NCBI GenBank assembly: GCA_051532055.1
Contig: JAOPTX010000031.1
Coordinates: 1-59,294, forward strand
Source: Fibrobacterales bacterium
GTDB taxonomy: Bacteria > Fibrobacterota > Fibrobacteria > Fibrobacterales > JAOPTW01
DNA: 59,294 nucleotides
Direction of reading: 5' to 3'
Shown here: in pieces, positions 9,701 to 20,030 of the stretch
Layout: each line of letters opens with the position of its first letter
Numbering within the stretch: the first letter of the stretch is position 1
Program-made: the position numbers and the translations under genes
Notes under the pieces: generated by a model
Seen by the model: the letters and a program-made list of their open reading frames with translations, nothing else
Database searches by the model: none
Told to the model about the DNA's origin: nothing

Positions 9701-12566
9701 CTGAATCACCATCTCCATCAAAATCTGCTGCATAGACCAACTGAGGTCCAACTACTTCGGTTGAAACTGTATGTTCTACAAAATTTTCATTTCCATCATT
9801 CTCATACCATATAATATTTCTATCGAATGATTCAATTGATATAATATCAATATCGCTATCACCGTCAAGATCTGTTATATAGATAGATTTCCCTCCTCCC
9901 CGCGAGTAAGAACTTGGTAGTTTGTAACGAGTAAATTGTTCTGATCCATCATTTTTGAACCAATACATTTTATCACTTCCATATTTTGGACTTGCTCCAA
10001 TGAGTACATCCACGCTGCCATCACTATTAAGATCCACAACATCAACAAACACTGCTCCATATATTGAGGTAGAAATTAAATGTTCAGTAAAATTTTCATT
10101 TCCATCATTTTCATACCATGATACCTCATTAACGTCGAATGAAGTATTTGCAACTGATAAAATATCCATATCACCATCACCATCCATATCTGCCGCACGA
10201 ACGTCCTTAGCATTATCTGCAGTGGTAGAAACTACGTGTTCAGTGAAAGATTGATTTCCATTATTTTCAAACCAAGATATCTTGTCATCATTCATGGATG
10301 CAGAAAGAATATCCACATCTCCATCTCCATCCACATCTTCACCATAGATTGATTTTACATAATCTACCGACATTGAAACTACATGTTCAGTAAACATTCC
10401 ACTTCCATTATTTTCATGCCAGGAAATTTTATCTTCACGCCATGATGCTGAAAGAATATCCATGTCACCATCACTATCCAAATCAATCGTATATATATCC
10501 TGAATTCCTAAGGCGGTATCAGAAACAACTATTTCACTATTGAAACTTTTTCCTCTGTTTCCTTCGATAGAAGTATAAGATCGAACTACCGATTGTAAAG
10601 TACCATTATCATCTGTGACAGAAACTCCCCAATAATAGGTAATGCCTGGTGTAAGATGAGCAGTATGGGTATAGGATTTTAAAGCTCCCACATTAAACAT
10701 ATTCCCACCTGTGAATGGATCACGGTCAGTATCTATAAATACCGTGTTATGCATTTCTCCACTCCCATCGCTTTCCCATAGAAATGTTGGGTTTTGATTT
10801 ATAGAACTGGAATTATTCTGAGGACTTATTAGGTCGACCGATAATGGAACTTGGGGAGTAAAATGTAACTCATTTCCATATGTAGTCCCTTCACTGTTGG
10901 TAACATACGCTCGTACATAATACCTCACTCCAGGAGTCAGATTAGTCATACGGCTAGTAAATGCTCCTGTAGTTGTTGCAGCTCCTTCATTCGTAACATT
11001 ATCTAAAATAGTTGGATTAGAAGTAGTATTCCAACATACACCATGAGATTCAATATGTCCATTTATTTCAATAATTGTACCATTTCCAACCGCAGTCTCT
11101 CCATATAAAGTTGAGGCACTTTGAGTAGAAACAGAAGACAATTGTGGGTTTACATTCTCATACCAGGTTAAATTGAAATCTCCATAGAAGGCAAAAACAA
11201 TATCTAAATCTCCATCGTTATCAACATCTATAGGGTTAACGTCATACACTGTTTTATTGTAACTGGATATACTTCGCCTTATAAAATGAGTACTTCCCAA
11301 ATTTTCGTACCAAAATACTCCAGAGATAACATCGATATCACCATCACCATCCATATCACCTGCAGATATAGTAAGAGGTGTAAATACTTCAGTTCCAATG
11401 ATGTGTTCTGTAAAATTCAGGTTGCCATCATTCTCATACCAGGATACTGTTGTACCATAAGAAGAAAGAATATCTATATCACCATCACTATCCATATCCA
11501 CAGCATACACGGATTTCGCATTTCTTGCATTAATTCTGATTATCTGTTCTGTAAAATTTTCATCACCATCATTCCTATACAAGGCTATCTCATTATGACC
11601 ATCTGGAGTAGAATAATTAGTAAAACCACCATCACCCAAGGCTGTAAGAATATCAATATCACCATCTCCTTCAATATCAATAGTATATACAGAGCCAGGG
11701 TCGAGTATTTCTGTTATAATTGTATGCTCTGTAAAGTTTTCATCACCATCATTCTCATACCAAGTTGTACTCCCTCTCGTTGTATAAGGATCAGAAATCG
11801 ATGTAATATCCATATCTCCATCGCTATCTAAATCAACAATAGTGATTGAACTTATATCACCTACTGTATTTGGGATTGTACGCTCAGTGAAGCTCTCGTC
11901 CCCATCATTCTCATACCAGTAAACCATCCTATTTCTCGAAGAAGCCAAAACAAAATCAAAATCACCATCTCTATCCATGTCTGCAACTCGAATAACTCCT
12001 CTTCGATTATTGGTTGTAACTAAATGATTAGTAAAATTCCCTATACCATCATTCTCGTACCAATAAACCTGATTATTATCCCAAGATGATGCAATGATGT
12101 CTATATCACCATCGCCATCTATATCTGCTGTTTTTACTGATCTAACATCCTTTTCAGTGGTAGATACAAGATTTTCTGTACCTATAAATCCACCCTGATT
12201 TTCAGCTATTGAGCTAAAAGACTTAACTATAGATTGAGTTGTACCAGAATTATCAGTTACCGCAACTCCCCAATAATATAGAGTACTCGGTTCAAGATCT
12301 GTAGTGAGAGTATATGTTTGATCTGTGCCAGGATTATATTGGACTCCACCATTGTAGGGGTCTGAGTCAGTATCAACATACAGATTTTGAGTAATCGCAC
12401 TACTCCCCTCACTATGCCAGGTAAATGTAGGTGTTAAATCAAGTGTCTTTTGATCATTCTGTGGAGTTAACAAATTCACTTGAGGCACCGCAAATGAACC
12501 GACATACAAAGCCAAAACAAGTATATAAAATGGAATTACTCCCAATCTAGATCCATCTAAAATCAT
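6702..12566 (-). CDS. Large secreted adhesin-like protein: two [Ig-like + FG-GAP/VCBS propeller + FN3-like] modules, tandem cadherin-like/Big_9 repeats, Ser-rich linker and T9SS-like C-terminal domain
   Basis: 1954 aa with a signal peptide, many DxDGDGDxDI...WYENDG repeats and VNDAP repeats. The C-terminus YKIFTMYGSLISSG...LPSGVIVIHF resembles a Por-secretion CTD. Confidence 0.9.
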   Translation of the reverse strand: MILDGSRLGVIPFYILVLALYVGSFAVPQVNLLTPQNDQKTLDLTPTFTWHSEGSSAITQNLYVDTDSDPYNGGVQYNPGTDQTYTLTTDLEPSTLYYWGVAVTDNSGTTQSIVKSFSSIAENQGGFIGTENLVSTTEKDVRSVKTADIDGDGDIDIIASSWDNNQVYWYENDGIGNFTNHLVTTNNRRGVIRVADMDRDGDFDFVLASSRNRMVYWYENDGDESFTERTIPNTVGDISSITIVDLDSDGDMDITSISDPYTTRGSTTWYENDGDENFTEHTIITEILDPGSVYTIDIEGDGDIDILTALGDGGFTNYSTPDGHNEIALYRNDGDENFTEQIIRINARNAKSVYAVDMDSDGDIDILSSYGTTVSWYENDGNLNFTEHIIGTEVFTPLTISAGDMDGDGDIDVISGVFWYENLGSTHFIRRSISSYNKTVYDVNPIDVDNDGDLDIVFAFYGDFNLTWYENVNPQLSSVSTQSASTLYGETAVGNGTIIEINGHIESHGVCWNTTSNPTILDNVTNEGAATTTGAFTSRMTNLTPGVRYYVRAYVTNSEGTTYGNELHFTPQVPLSVDLISPQNNSSSINQNPTFLWESDGSGEMHNTVFIDTDRDPFTGGNMFNVGALKSYTHTAHLTPGITYYWGVSVTDDNGTLQSVVRSYTSIEGNRGKSFNSEIVVSDTALGIQDIYTIDLDSDGDMDILSASWREDKISWHENNGSGMFTEHVVSMSVDYVKSIYGEDVDGDGDVDILSASMNDDKISWFENNGNQSFTEHVVSTTADNAKDVRAADMDGDGDMDILSVANTSFDVNEVSWYENDGNENFTEHLISTSIYGAVFVDVVDLNSDGSVDVLIGASPKYGSDKMYWFKNDGSEQFTRYKLPSSYSRGGGKSIYITDLDGDSDIDIISIESFDRNIIWYENDGNENFVEHTVSTEVVGPQLVYAADFDGDGDSDIISGSTTDNQIVWHENDGNENFTTHTITTSTIGAFSVIAVDIDGDGDLDVLSAADDFYKGSEISWYENVTPIVPIVETQSVSGISATTVVGNGSITDIGNTGSIIAHGFCWSTVPNPTTSNDTTDNGAIANTGTFSSNITTLKAHTTYYIRAYVTTDKNNTVYGGELTFTTLNTPPSFTMADKKEINEDTSLEILLEHTDASDDDGDNLTLEVEAGNNYTFEGTTITPHHNVTGEMLVKLRVTDGIVYTASVFMTVTVNAVNDAPEITATTVPEAQEDTEFTFDLSMLTVTDVDTDQNDLSIKVLPGNDYTVTSVSSIVPSLNHTTDLSVNVVVSDGLVDSDPVVMTVKIKAVNDVPVITVTTVPEVQEDTDFTFDLSMLTVTDIDNAQNDLSIKVLPGNDYTVTSASSIAPSLNHTTDLSVNIVVSDGLVDSDPVVMTVKIKAVNDAPVITVTTVPEAQEDTEFTFDLSMLTVTDVDTDQNDLSIKVLPGNDYTMTSVSSIVPSLNHTTDLSVNVVVSDGLVDSDPVVMTVEIKAANDAPVITATTVPEAQEDTEFTFDLSMLTVTDVDTDQNDLSIKVFPGNDYTVTSASSILPSLNHTTDLSVNVVVSDGLVDSDPVVMTVKIKAVNDAPVITVTTVPEAQEDTDFTLNLSMLTVTDVDNAQGDLSVKVLPGNNYSLTGIASILPASNHTTDLSVNVVVSDGLVDSDPVVMTVKIKAVNDAPKIISITPQTIRENASLAITLDMVSVSDVDNPISDMKIVIDSGGDYTVSGATVTPVTSFSGVLTIPIAVFDGILESDKSSMKITVEPIPESSSEEHSLSSSSNISSDSISESSQGESSSVLSSQEVVASSSSVAVSSDETNSSSTLTISSHSVLLSSILLSSTVSSNSNGVSSQGEPINISSSQDLVISSSTVIGSSDVRLLIEYGDNYNLYTQTRLYNNVYADFEPLHAPEVSTNYKIFTMYGSLISSGDVSEGLIELPRNLPSGVIVIHFYQ
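7525..8920. repeat. Five near-identical intragenic tandem repeats of 276 bp (92 aa)
   Basis: The anchor ggagcatcattaactgc recurs, with small variations, at 7525, 7801, 8077, 8353, 8629 and 8905. Confidence 0.95.
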
Positions 12567-12995
12567 AAGCCCTCTTCTTCTAAATAAGTGTCACAAATAG
12601 TTGTGAATAAATATGAAATATAGAAAACATCGCGATTCCTTCTAGTACACAGAAAACGACCGGTATATCATCTCAGCTCTACAGGAAGAAATCATACGTT
12701 ATTCAATAAGGGATTGATTAGAGCTACCCAAAAACCAATACATATCTTGTCATTCATGGTAAAGAATATTTTACACAAGAGCCTTGTCTTCATACTAAAA
12801 TTTCTAATAAAACTTAACTACATTTGCATTACTCTCCCAATCAATCAGCCTTTACCGCTTTCCATGAGTAAGCAACCATTTATTAACCCAAAAGATTAAG
12901 TGATATTTTAATCGAAGCGAAATTGTAGTGATTTACATTCAGTGAATGGAATGATGCTTCAGGTTGTAATCGCCCTTATTTTAAATAGCTAAAAT

Positions 12996-13060
12996 AGATA
13001 GAACATTCTACTGATACTAGCAGTGGATTTTTAGGAGAATTATCGTCTGTAATCCCCCCT
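12996..13060. promoter_or_regulatory. Conserved intergenic element, copy 2, followed by an inverted GGGGGGATTACA half
   Basis: ctactgatactagcagtggatttttaggagaattatc is followed by tgtaatcccccc, between divergent genes. Confidence 0.5.
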
Positions 13061-13360
13061 ATTGTTAACAGAAGAAATACCTCGTCACTCTCATAGGTTA
13101 TGAATATTTCCCTGTGGAATCAATGGTCTACGAATACTTGCTGAGATATACATTGGAAAATTTCTTTTAAATGAAAACAAGATGCCTAAACCGTTTTCTC
13201 TGTATGTAAATATTTACAATCAAACAAGATACCGGCATCTGAAACCATTTCGGTTTTGGAATTAAATTTTGCGTTCTTGACACCCCATAATCATGTGTGA
13301 TACTCTTCATTTGCTCATAATCATTTACACTCGTAAATAGATTCACCCAAAGGAGAGCAC

Positions 13361-16300
13361 ATGTCAAAAAGTAAATCCCTATCAAAAGATATATCACTTA
13401 CCATAGTACACTCAATAACCCTACTCTTTATGAGTATGATACTGAGCTGTTCAAATGGAAGTACTGGTTCGTCAGGTGACCCTACCAACGAATTGGGAGT
13501 CCAATTTAGCTATAGCCTCGAAGGAACCTTTTCTCAAACAATCTCCCCTCCAACTGTTCTTGCCAAAAGTGCTGCACCACAGAGTGCCGCTATTGAAAAC
13601 ATTGTAGGAACCATGAGTATACATTCCCATGAAACGGGTGATACCACTCTGATGGATTGGTATGTTACTCTTGATGAAGACACTCAAACCCTCACCTCAA
13701 ACATGAGCATTGTGCTCCCTCTCGGGATCTATGACTTTGCCTTAGAAATACACGATGGCGGGAGGCAGTACCTTGGGTCGGTCCAAAATGAAGCACTTAC
13801 CCCAGAGTCTATCATAGCACTCGCCGTCATTCCTGTGATTGGAGATGTAACACTTAATTACACCGCACATGAATTACCAAAACTTAAGTTTTCATATCCC
13901 GTGACAGAGTTAGCTGCAATCACTGACCCCAAAATTGGATACAGTATTAATAGTGCTACTGAGATTATCGTTGACCTCAGTAACAGTACTGGTCAAAATT
14001 CACTGTACATCAATGTAACAGAAGGTGTGCATACCATTGAGTTGACACTCTATGATGGGTCTCAATTAATTGCGACCTCAAGACCGGAACAAGAAAATGT
14101 AACAATCGTAAAAACACAGGATATTACCATGGATCTGATTCCCTTGGTAGCTGAGGTTGCATTTACTACGACTATTGATGGTGGAGATGCAACGTTCATA
14201 TTGAATATACCTACTGAAATTGTCGATGAGGCAGGGTCACTACAAAATTTAAAAGCGCTCTTTAAACTGGTGAGCCCTCGCAATGGATTAGTAGAAGACT
14301 CTCTTAATTTCATTCTAAAGCCAGACAGTAGTGCTTACACAGCGACACTCGTAGCACGTAACTATTTTTATGATACCGTGTCGGTAGATATAGAGTTCTG
14401 GGATATCGCTACCAATGAAGTAATAGCACAGAGTATTGAATCGGGTATTCAGCTGGGATCAGTAACTCAAACGCTCACTGTTTCTATTGACCTCATGCGT
14501 AGAGCAGTTATCTCTGGTAACCTTCTATCCTTTATTGGCGTGAATGTATTTGATAGTACCCACACACCTATTGCCGGAGCCACGGTTACACTCAACGATA
14601 CTATTGTTGGCATCACTGGAAGTGGTGGCTTTGGAACTCCGGGATATATACGTTGTTTAAAGAGTGCAGGTTCGTATACCTTAAGTGCGCTTAAAGATGG
14701 TGATTCCACAGGAATAGCAATAACTCTTGGTGTTCTGGGGGCGTCAAACTATACGTTAGTTTTAGAACCCGTAATCGCTCCTGAATCCGCCCCTACCCCC
14801 GTAGCGAACGGTGATGGTTTCAGTCTTTTTTTGAAGGCTGATGGAACCCTTTGGGCGACAGGAAGTAACGCTCATGGTCAATTAGGAGATGGGACTACTA
14901 TCGATAAAACGTTCCCTGTGCAAATCATGAGTGATGTACACTCTGTGGCTGCAGATGACTCACATAGTCTTATTCTAAAAAACGACGAAACCCTTTGGGC
15001 AACTGGATATAATATGTATGGTCAATTAGGAGACGGAACAACTACGAGTAAATCAACTCCTGTTCTCATTATGAGTGGCGTGCGCTCAATTGCCGCTGGG
15101 AGTCACCATAGTCTCATAGTTAAAACAGACAACACCCTCTGGGCTACCGGATGGAACAATTATGGTCAGCTAGGAGATGGAACAATTATTAACAAATCTA
15201 CTCCTGTACAGATTATGGGTGGTGTCCTGTCGGTATCAGCAGGTACCTACCATAGTTTAATAGTAAAAACTGATAATACTCTGTGGGCTACGGGCCGCAA
15301 TGAGTCTGGTCAATTTGGAAACGGCACCACAACCAATAGTTCTGTTCCTATTCAAGTGGGTGGTAATACGCAAGTGGGTATTTCAACGAGCACCTTAAAA
15401 ATTGCAGCACAAAATAGAGGTACAATACGGTCGGTATCTGCAGGTGAGCATCACAGTCTCATTCTAAAAACAGACAGTACTCTGTGGTCTACAGGGCAAA
15501 ACACCTTTGGGCAACTGGGTGATGGCACCACTACTAATACAACAACGCCGGTACAGATTATGAGTGATGTGATATCAGTATCTGCAGGAAGCTTTAATAG
15601 CTTAATAGTAAAAAGCGACAATACTCTCTGGGCTACGGGACAAAACGATCAGGGACAGCTGGGAGATGGCACCACCAGCAATCAATTGACTCCCGTTCAG
15701 ACAATGAGCAATGTCCAATCAGTATCGGCAGGTGCCTTTCATAGTGTAATGCTCGGAACCGACAGTACTCTCATGGCAACAGGACTCAATACATTTGGCC
15801 AGTTTGGAAACGGAACAACCATGCAATCACATTCTTTTACAGTAGCAGCTCTGAGCTCAGGGCCACTCGTTACCGATGTAGCTACTGGATATGGACACAG
15901 TTTATTTGTGAAGGATGATGGAACTCTTTGGAGCATAGGGCGCAATGATTACGGTCAATTAGGAGAAGGTACCAACACTAATAGATCCACTCCTATTCAA
16001 ATTATGAGTGACGTACAATCAGTTTCGGCTGGGTCGATTCATAGTCTCATTTTAAAAACGGACAATACTCTCTGGGCTGTGGGAGATAACCGGTATGGAC
16101 AGTTAGGAGATGGAACTTTTATCTCTAAATCAGTTCCCGTTCAAGTCATGAGCAATGTTAAATCAGTTTCTGGAGGTGGTTATTTTAGCTTAATTGTAAA
16201 AATGGACAATACTCTCTGGGCAACGGGCTCTAATATTTTCGGTAACTTGGGAAATGGAGCTCAAACTGATATATCCACTCCATTTCTTCTAATGAGTGAT

Positions 16301-16876
16301 GTTCGCTCGGCAAGCGCCGGTCACATTCATAGTTTAATTGTAAAAATGGACAATACTCTCTGGGCAACAGGTCAGAATGCTGAAGGAAAATTTGGAGATG
16401 GAACTACTATAAGTAGCCTTATACCCGTTCATGCGATGAATGATGTTCAATCGGCATATGCAGGTTACCGACATTGTTTAATTTTAAAAACCAATAATAC
16501 CTTATGGGCAGCGGGAGACAATCGACACGGGCAGTTAGGTACCGGAAGTAACACTAATACAATTTCACCGGTTCAAATAATGAGTGATGTACAATCAGTA
16601 GATGTAGCAAGTTACCATAATATCATTTTAAAAAATGATAATACCGCTTGGAGTTTTGGATTTAATTATGCTGGTCAAATAGGAGATGGCACATATACTG
16701 ATCGGTTAAGCCCTATTCAAATAATGAGTAATGTACAATCTATAGCTACAGGTGATTATCAAAGTTTTATTCTAAAACCCAATAATACCCTATGGGCTAC
16801 CGGTAATAATGAATATGGTCAGTTAGCAAACGGAACTCTTACCAATACAAATCAATTTATTGAAATAAATCCATAA
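13361..16876 (+). CDS. RCC1/BLIP-II repeat lipoprotein
   Basis: Lipobox ILSC and RBS AGGAG. More than a dozen 'HSLILKTDNTLWATGxNxxGQLGDGT' repeats. Confidence 0.93.
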   Translation: MSKSKSLSKDISLTIVHSITLLFMSMILSCSNGSTGSSGDPTNELGVQFSYSLEGTFSQTISPPTVLAKSAAPQSAAIENIVGTMSIHSHETGDTTLMDWYVTLDEDTQTLTSNMSIVLPLGIYDFALEIHDGGRQYLGSVQNEALTPESIIALAVIPVIGDVTLNYTAHELPKLKFSYPVTELAAITDPKIGYSINSATEIIVDLSNSTGQNSLYINVTEGVHTIELTLYDGSQLIATSRPEQENVTIVKTQDITMDLIPLVAEVAFTTTIDGGDATFILNIPTEIVDEAGSLQNLKALFKLVSPRNGLVEDSLNFILKPDSSAYTATLVARNYFYDTVSVDIEFWDIATNEVIAQSIESGIQLGSVTQTLTVSIDLMRRAVISGNLLSFIGVNVFDSTHTPIAGATVTLNDTIVGITGSGGFGTPGYIRCLKSAGSYTLSALKDGDSTGIAITLGVLGASNYTLVLEPVIAPESAPTPVANGDGFSLFLKADGTLWATGSNAHGQLGDGTTIDKTFPVQIMSDVHSVAADDSHSLILKNDETLWATGYNMYGQLGDGTTTSKSTPVLIMSGVRSIAAGSHHSLIVKTDNTLWATGWNNYGQLGDGTIINKSTPVQIMGGVLSVSAGTYHSLIVKTDNTLWATGRNESGQFGNGTTTNSSVPIQVGGNTQVGISTSTLKIAAQNRGTIRSVSAGEHHSLILKTDSTLWSTGQNTFGQLGDGTTTNTTTPVQIMSDVISVSAGSFNSLIVKSDNTLWATGQNDQGQLGDGTTSNQLTPVQTMSNVQSVSAGAFHSVMLGTDSTLMATGLNTFGQFGNGTTMQSHSFTVAALSSGPLVTDVATGYGHSLFVKDDGTLWSIGRNDYGQLGEGTNTNRSTPIQIMSDVQSVSAGSIHSLILKTDNTLWAVGDNRYGQLGDGTFISKSVPVQVMSNVKSVSGGGYFSLIVKMDNTLWATGSNIFGNLGNGAQTDISTPFLLMSDVRSASAGHIHSLIVKMDNTLWATGQNAEGKFGDGTTISSLIPVHAMNDVQSAYAGYRHCLILKTNNTLWAAGDNRHGQLGTGSNTNTISPVQIMSDVQSVDVASYHNIILKNDNTAWSFGFNYAGQIGDGTYTDRLSPIQIMSNVQSIATGDYQSFILKPNNTLWATGNNEYGQLANGTLTNTNQFIEINP

Positions 16877-16885
16877 TCAAAAATC

Positions 16886-16909
16886 AGTGCCTGAAATAAA
16901 TCAGGCACT
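16886..16909 (+). terminator. Stem-loop terminator after the RCC1 gene
   Basis: agtgcctga-aataaa-tcaggcact, a 9-bp perfect stem about 10 nt after the stop codon. Confidence 0.65.
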
Positions 16910-16966
16910 ATTCATTTACCTAAAAATAATAACAACACATTAATCATTTTTATACAAAGGAAATAT

Positions 16967-17011
16967 AATACACACTTGCACAATTGGTGCTCAATTGTGC
17001 AAGTGTGTATT
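16967..17011. repeat. Perfect 20-bp inverted repeat with a 5-nt loop
   Basis: aatacacacttgcacaattg-gtgct-caattgtgcaagtgtgtatt, followed by a T-rich run. Confidence 0.9.
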
Positions 17012-17217
17012 TTTATTTTCCTCGCATCTTGATCATCTTCCAACTGTGACCTACCTAGCCTTCTGCTCAATTAATATTTACAGAATAATACTTTATCATC
17101 AATTATATTTCGGGGTGCCTTCACTATACATTCCATACAATTGTTTTGCTAAAAGTTTATTAATGATCTACAAAGTACTATATTTCTATATTTCACAGCC
17201 TAGTATAGGAGGCTCCA

Positions 17218-19563
17218 ATGGCAGTAAAAAAGCAACGGCCACATTCCTTTCTCACAATTTTAATTTTTATTGCAGGCACGATCATCTTTTCATGTGAAAA
17301 TGCTCCCACTCCACAAGATACGAGCGACCTCTCTTCTTCAGTCAATTCTGCAACTTCACTCTCGACAGATGCACCTATTTCAGTAAGTAACACCCTCGGG
17401 AGTTCTCTCCAAGAATTGAACAGCAGCTCATCTACAGTGGGCAGTTCTTCATCGAGTGACAGCTCTACTCTTGCCGCCCAGAACTCTGTCGGTGGAATCG
17501 AGAGTGCACCATCCCAAGCCCTCTCATCAAATATGCACTATACCATTGAATACACAGACCTAACCATAAAAGTTTTTAATGATTTTGTAACCATTCATGA
17601 TGAGGTATTTTTTCAACTGCAACTCGATACATTCGGTATTTCAGCATTAATCTCCTCTATCGGCTGGGATTTTGATGGTGATACAACTATAGATTCTCTT
17701 ATTACCGATTCTATTTCGGAGGGTTTTCGTGTCGAGACGCGCTACACCAAAGAAGGGACTTATATTCCAGAGGTCTTTATTACACTGAATACCGGTGTGA
17801 AACGACTGGCCCACGCCACAACTCCTCATTCGCAGGTTACGGTGGTCAACCCGCCTCCTCAATTTTCATCCTGTACCGCCGCCTCAGGCGATTTTGGAGT
17901 TCCCATCGAATTTGAATGCCTCGCAATAGACAGCAATAGGTCTGCTACCGATGGAACTATTATTGCATATCAATGGGATTTTAACGGTGATTCAACCATT
18001 GATACTTCTACAAGCATCAACCAGATAACCTATACCTATCCTAACCAACTAACAGATACACTCTATACAGTCACGGTCCATGCAACCGATGATGACAGCA
18101 ATACCATTCACACCTCTTTTGATATATCTCTTATCAATAGTCCCCCCATAGCCTACAACCCTAAAATTATTGGACACCGTGTACCCGACAGTACCCTCCA
18201 CACGACCTATAAATATATCGATCCCAATGGCGACTTGCAAAGTGGGGTCACCTTTCAATGGTTTCGATCAGGAGACACCATACCAGGCGCTACTGATTCA
18301 ACCTACCTTGTCACAAAAGACGATATCTATCACGCAATTGGAATAATAATCACTCCCCTCACTCATACCGGTCGTCAAGCTAGAGCCCGCACCAACCCCG
18401 ATGTCGCGTTTCCTATTACAACAAACCCCTATCATCAAACAACAGGAACCACCTCAGATGATGTTGCACCTAAAATCGCTCTGGGCGCTGATGACTCCTA
18501 TGCCATTGTATCAACCGTAGAAGACTATGCATTTGAATATAAAGGTTGGATTAAGAAATACACGACTGCAAGCGTTCTACAGTGGAACACCTTTTTTGAA
18601 TATCCCTATAAAGATAGATTACTGGACATTATCCCCACGAGTGATGGCGGGTTTATCGCGACGGGCTCTTGCGAAGTACACGACGACAATTTTACTGATG
18701 TATGGGCTATAAAAGTTGATAGTAACGGGAATAAAGAGTGGGATGAGTTTTATGGGGGGAGTCGATCAGAATCGGGGGCTGCCATACTAAAATCCAGGGA
18801 CGAAGGGTACATAATTGCTGGCTATACTAATTCTTCGGATGGATTAGTCGGTGAGCATACACGATTAGTGTCTCCAAGTTTTTGGATAATCAATATCTAT
18901 GAGTCTGGTCATTTCAAATCGGGTACCACCTATGGAAAAGTAATGGACAATTCATTTATCGATCTCACCTATGCACCCAATAACGGATATATCATTATTG
19001 GAATGGACTATGACGCGCTCACCAGTTCGAGTAAAAGAGATGTCTATGCAATTAACATAAATGCATCTGGAACGATAGACTGGGAACGGCACTATGGCAC
19101 GGAATCAAACAATTGGGTGAAATCAATCATACCCCACCCAAACACAGGATACCTCTTTGTAGGGCACAGCTTTTCTTCTGCTAACGGACAGGATGGATGG
19201 GTAGTATATATAAATGAGTCGGGTGGCGTTGAGTGGGAATTCAACATTGGTGATGCTTACAACCAATTATTCCATGATATTATAGCGACACCAGATGGTT
19301 CATTTTTTGCCGTTGGAGAAACGGGGGTCCCTGGAAAAAATACTGAAGGATGGATTGTTAAAATAAGTAATACCGGAACCATACTCTGGGAAAAAACATT
19401 TGGTGGCGACGGTGCAGATTCTTTTAACTCAATTGTTCATTTAAGCACCGGTCACTATATTGTCGCTGGAACATCAGAATCGACCTCAGCCCCTTTTCAC
19501 AATCTCGGTGGGAAAGACATTTGGACAATGAAACTCACTGCAGATGGTGATTTGGTAGAATAA
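17218..19563 (+). CDS. Lipoprotein with Ser-rich linker, PKD/Ig-like domains and C-terminal beta-propeller
   Basis: Lipobox IFSC, two WDFxGD PKD motifs and repeats such as 'WIVKISNTGTILWEKTFGG'. Confidence 0.85.
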   Translation: MAVKKQRPHSFLTILIFIAGTIIFSCENAPTPQDTSDLSSSVNSATSLSTDAPISVSNTLGSSLQELNSSSSTVGSSSSSDSSTLAAQNSVGGIESAPSQALSSNMHYTIEYTDLTIKVFNDFVTIHDEVFFQLQLDTFGISALISSIGWDFDGDTTIDSLITDSISEGFRVETRYTKEGTYIPEVFITLNTGVKRLAHATTPHSQVTVVNPPPQFSSCTAASGDFGVPIEFECLAIDSNRSATDGTIIAYQWDFNGDSTIDTSTSINQITYTYPNQLTDTLYTVTVHATDDDSNTIHTSFDISLINSPPIAYNPKIIGHRVPDSTLHTTYKYIDPNGDLQSGVTFQWFRSGDTIPGATDSTYLVTKDDIYHAIGIIITPLTHTGRQARARTNPDVAFPITTNPYHQTTGTTSDDVAPKIALGADDSYAIVSTVEDYAFEYKGWIKKYTTASVLQWNTFFEYPYKDRLLDIIPTSDGGFIATGSCEVHDDNFTDVWAIKVDSNGNKEWDEFYGGSRSESGAAILKSRDEGYIIAGYTNSSDGLVGEHTRLVSPSFWIINIYESGHFKSGTTYGKVMDNSFIDLTYAPNNGYIIIGMDYDALTSSSKRDVYAININASGTIDWERHYGTESNNWVKSIIPHPNTGYLFVGHSFSSANGQDGWVVYINESGGVEWEFNIGDAYNQLFHDIIATPDGSFFAVGETGVPGKNTEGWIVKISNTGTILWEKTFGGDGADSFNSIVHLSTGHYIVAGTSESTSAPFHNLGGKDIWTMKLTADGDLVE

Positions 19564-19566
19564 TAA

Positions 19567-19680
19567 TGGCTGAACATAAGAGACAATCACCGCTATAGTG
19601 GCTGACCATAGGAGACAATCACAACAATATATTAACTGAGGTATAGGTAATCAAGCGGACACCTTGACCTGAGACAAGGG
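19567..19680 (+). repeat. TG-terminated repeat element (TGGCTGAACATAnGAGACAA ... TGACCTGAGACAAGG); two heads in tandem
   Basis: Heads occur at about 19567 and 19599. Reverse-complement copies occur at 19833-19901 and 28099-28193. Confidence 0.65.
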
Positions 19681-19681
19681 G

Positions 19682-19832
19682 CCACCCGTCCCGGGAGGAT
19701 CAAGCCCTGCCCCACTATTCACTTTGAGTTTAAGGTCTTGTCTTCTGATCTCTGAGAGGCGGTAGTGGCTCATAATGACGTTTTCGAGGTCGAGCACAAC
19801 TTCATCTATGATCGCTTCACGGAGCATAGGTC
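19682..19832 (-). pseudogene. hsdR: Type I RM HsdR C-terminal fragment, copy 1
   Basis: About 150 bp colinear with 25900-26050 (LENVIMSHYRLSEIRRQDLKL). Confidence 0.75.
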
Positions 19833-20030
19833 CAGTCTGGTTAGCATCATTAAAACCTAACGATATTACCGGCTTAAGTTATCTCATATGTTCAGCCACT
19901 AGATCTTCTAATTTTTCTTTTTATACCCTTCTTTTATTCAGGCACATCAGCGTCAATTAAAAGTGAAGCTAGGTTTTAATCAGTATAGTTGCGCATAAAA
20001 GTATCCCAAATTTATTTCACCTGAATTAAA

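Noticed and set aside
19567..19625. Two direct repeats resembling a mini CRISPR array
   Set aside because: There are only two imperfect units at a 32-bp period, with no spacer of proper length and no cas genes.
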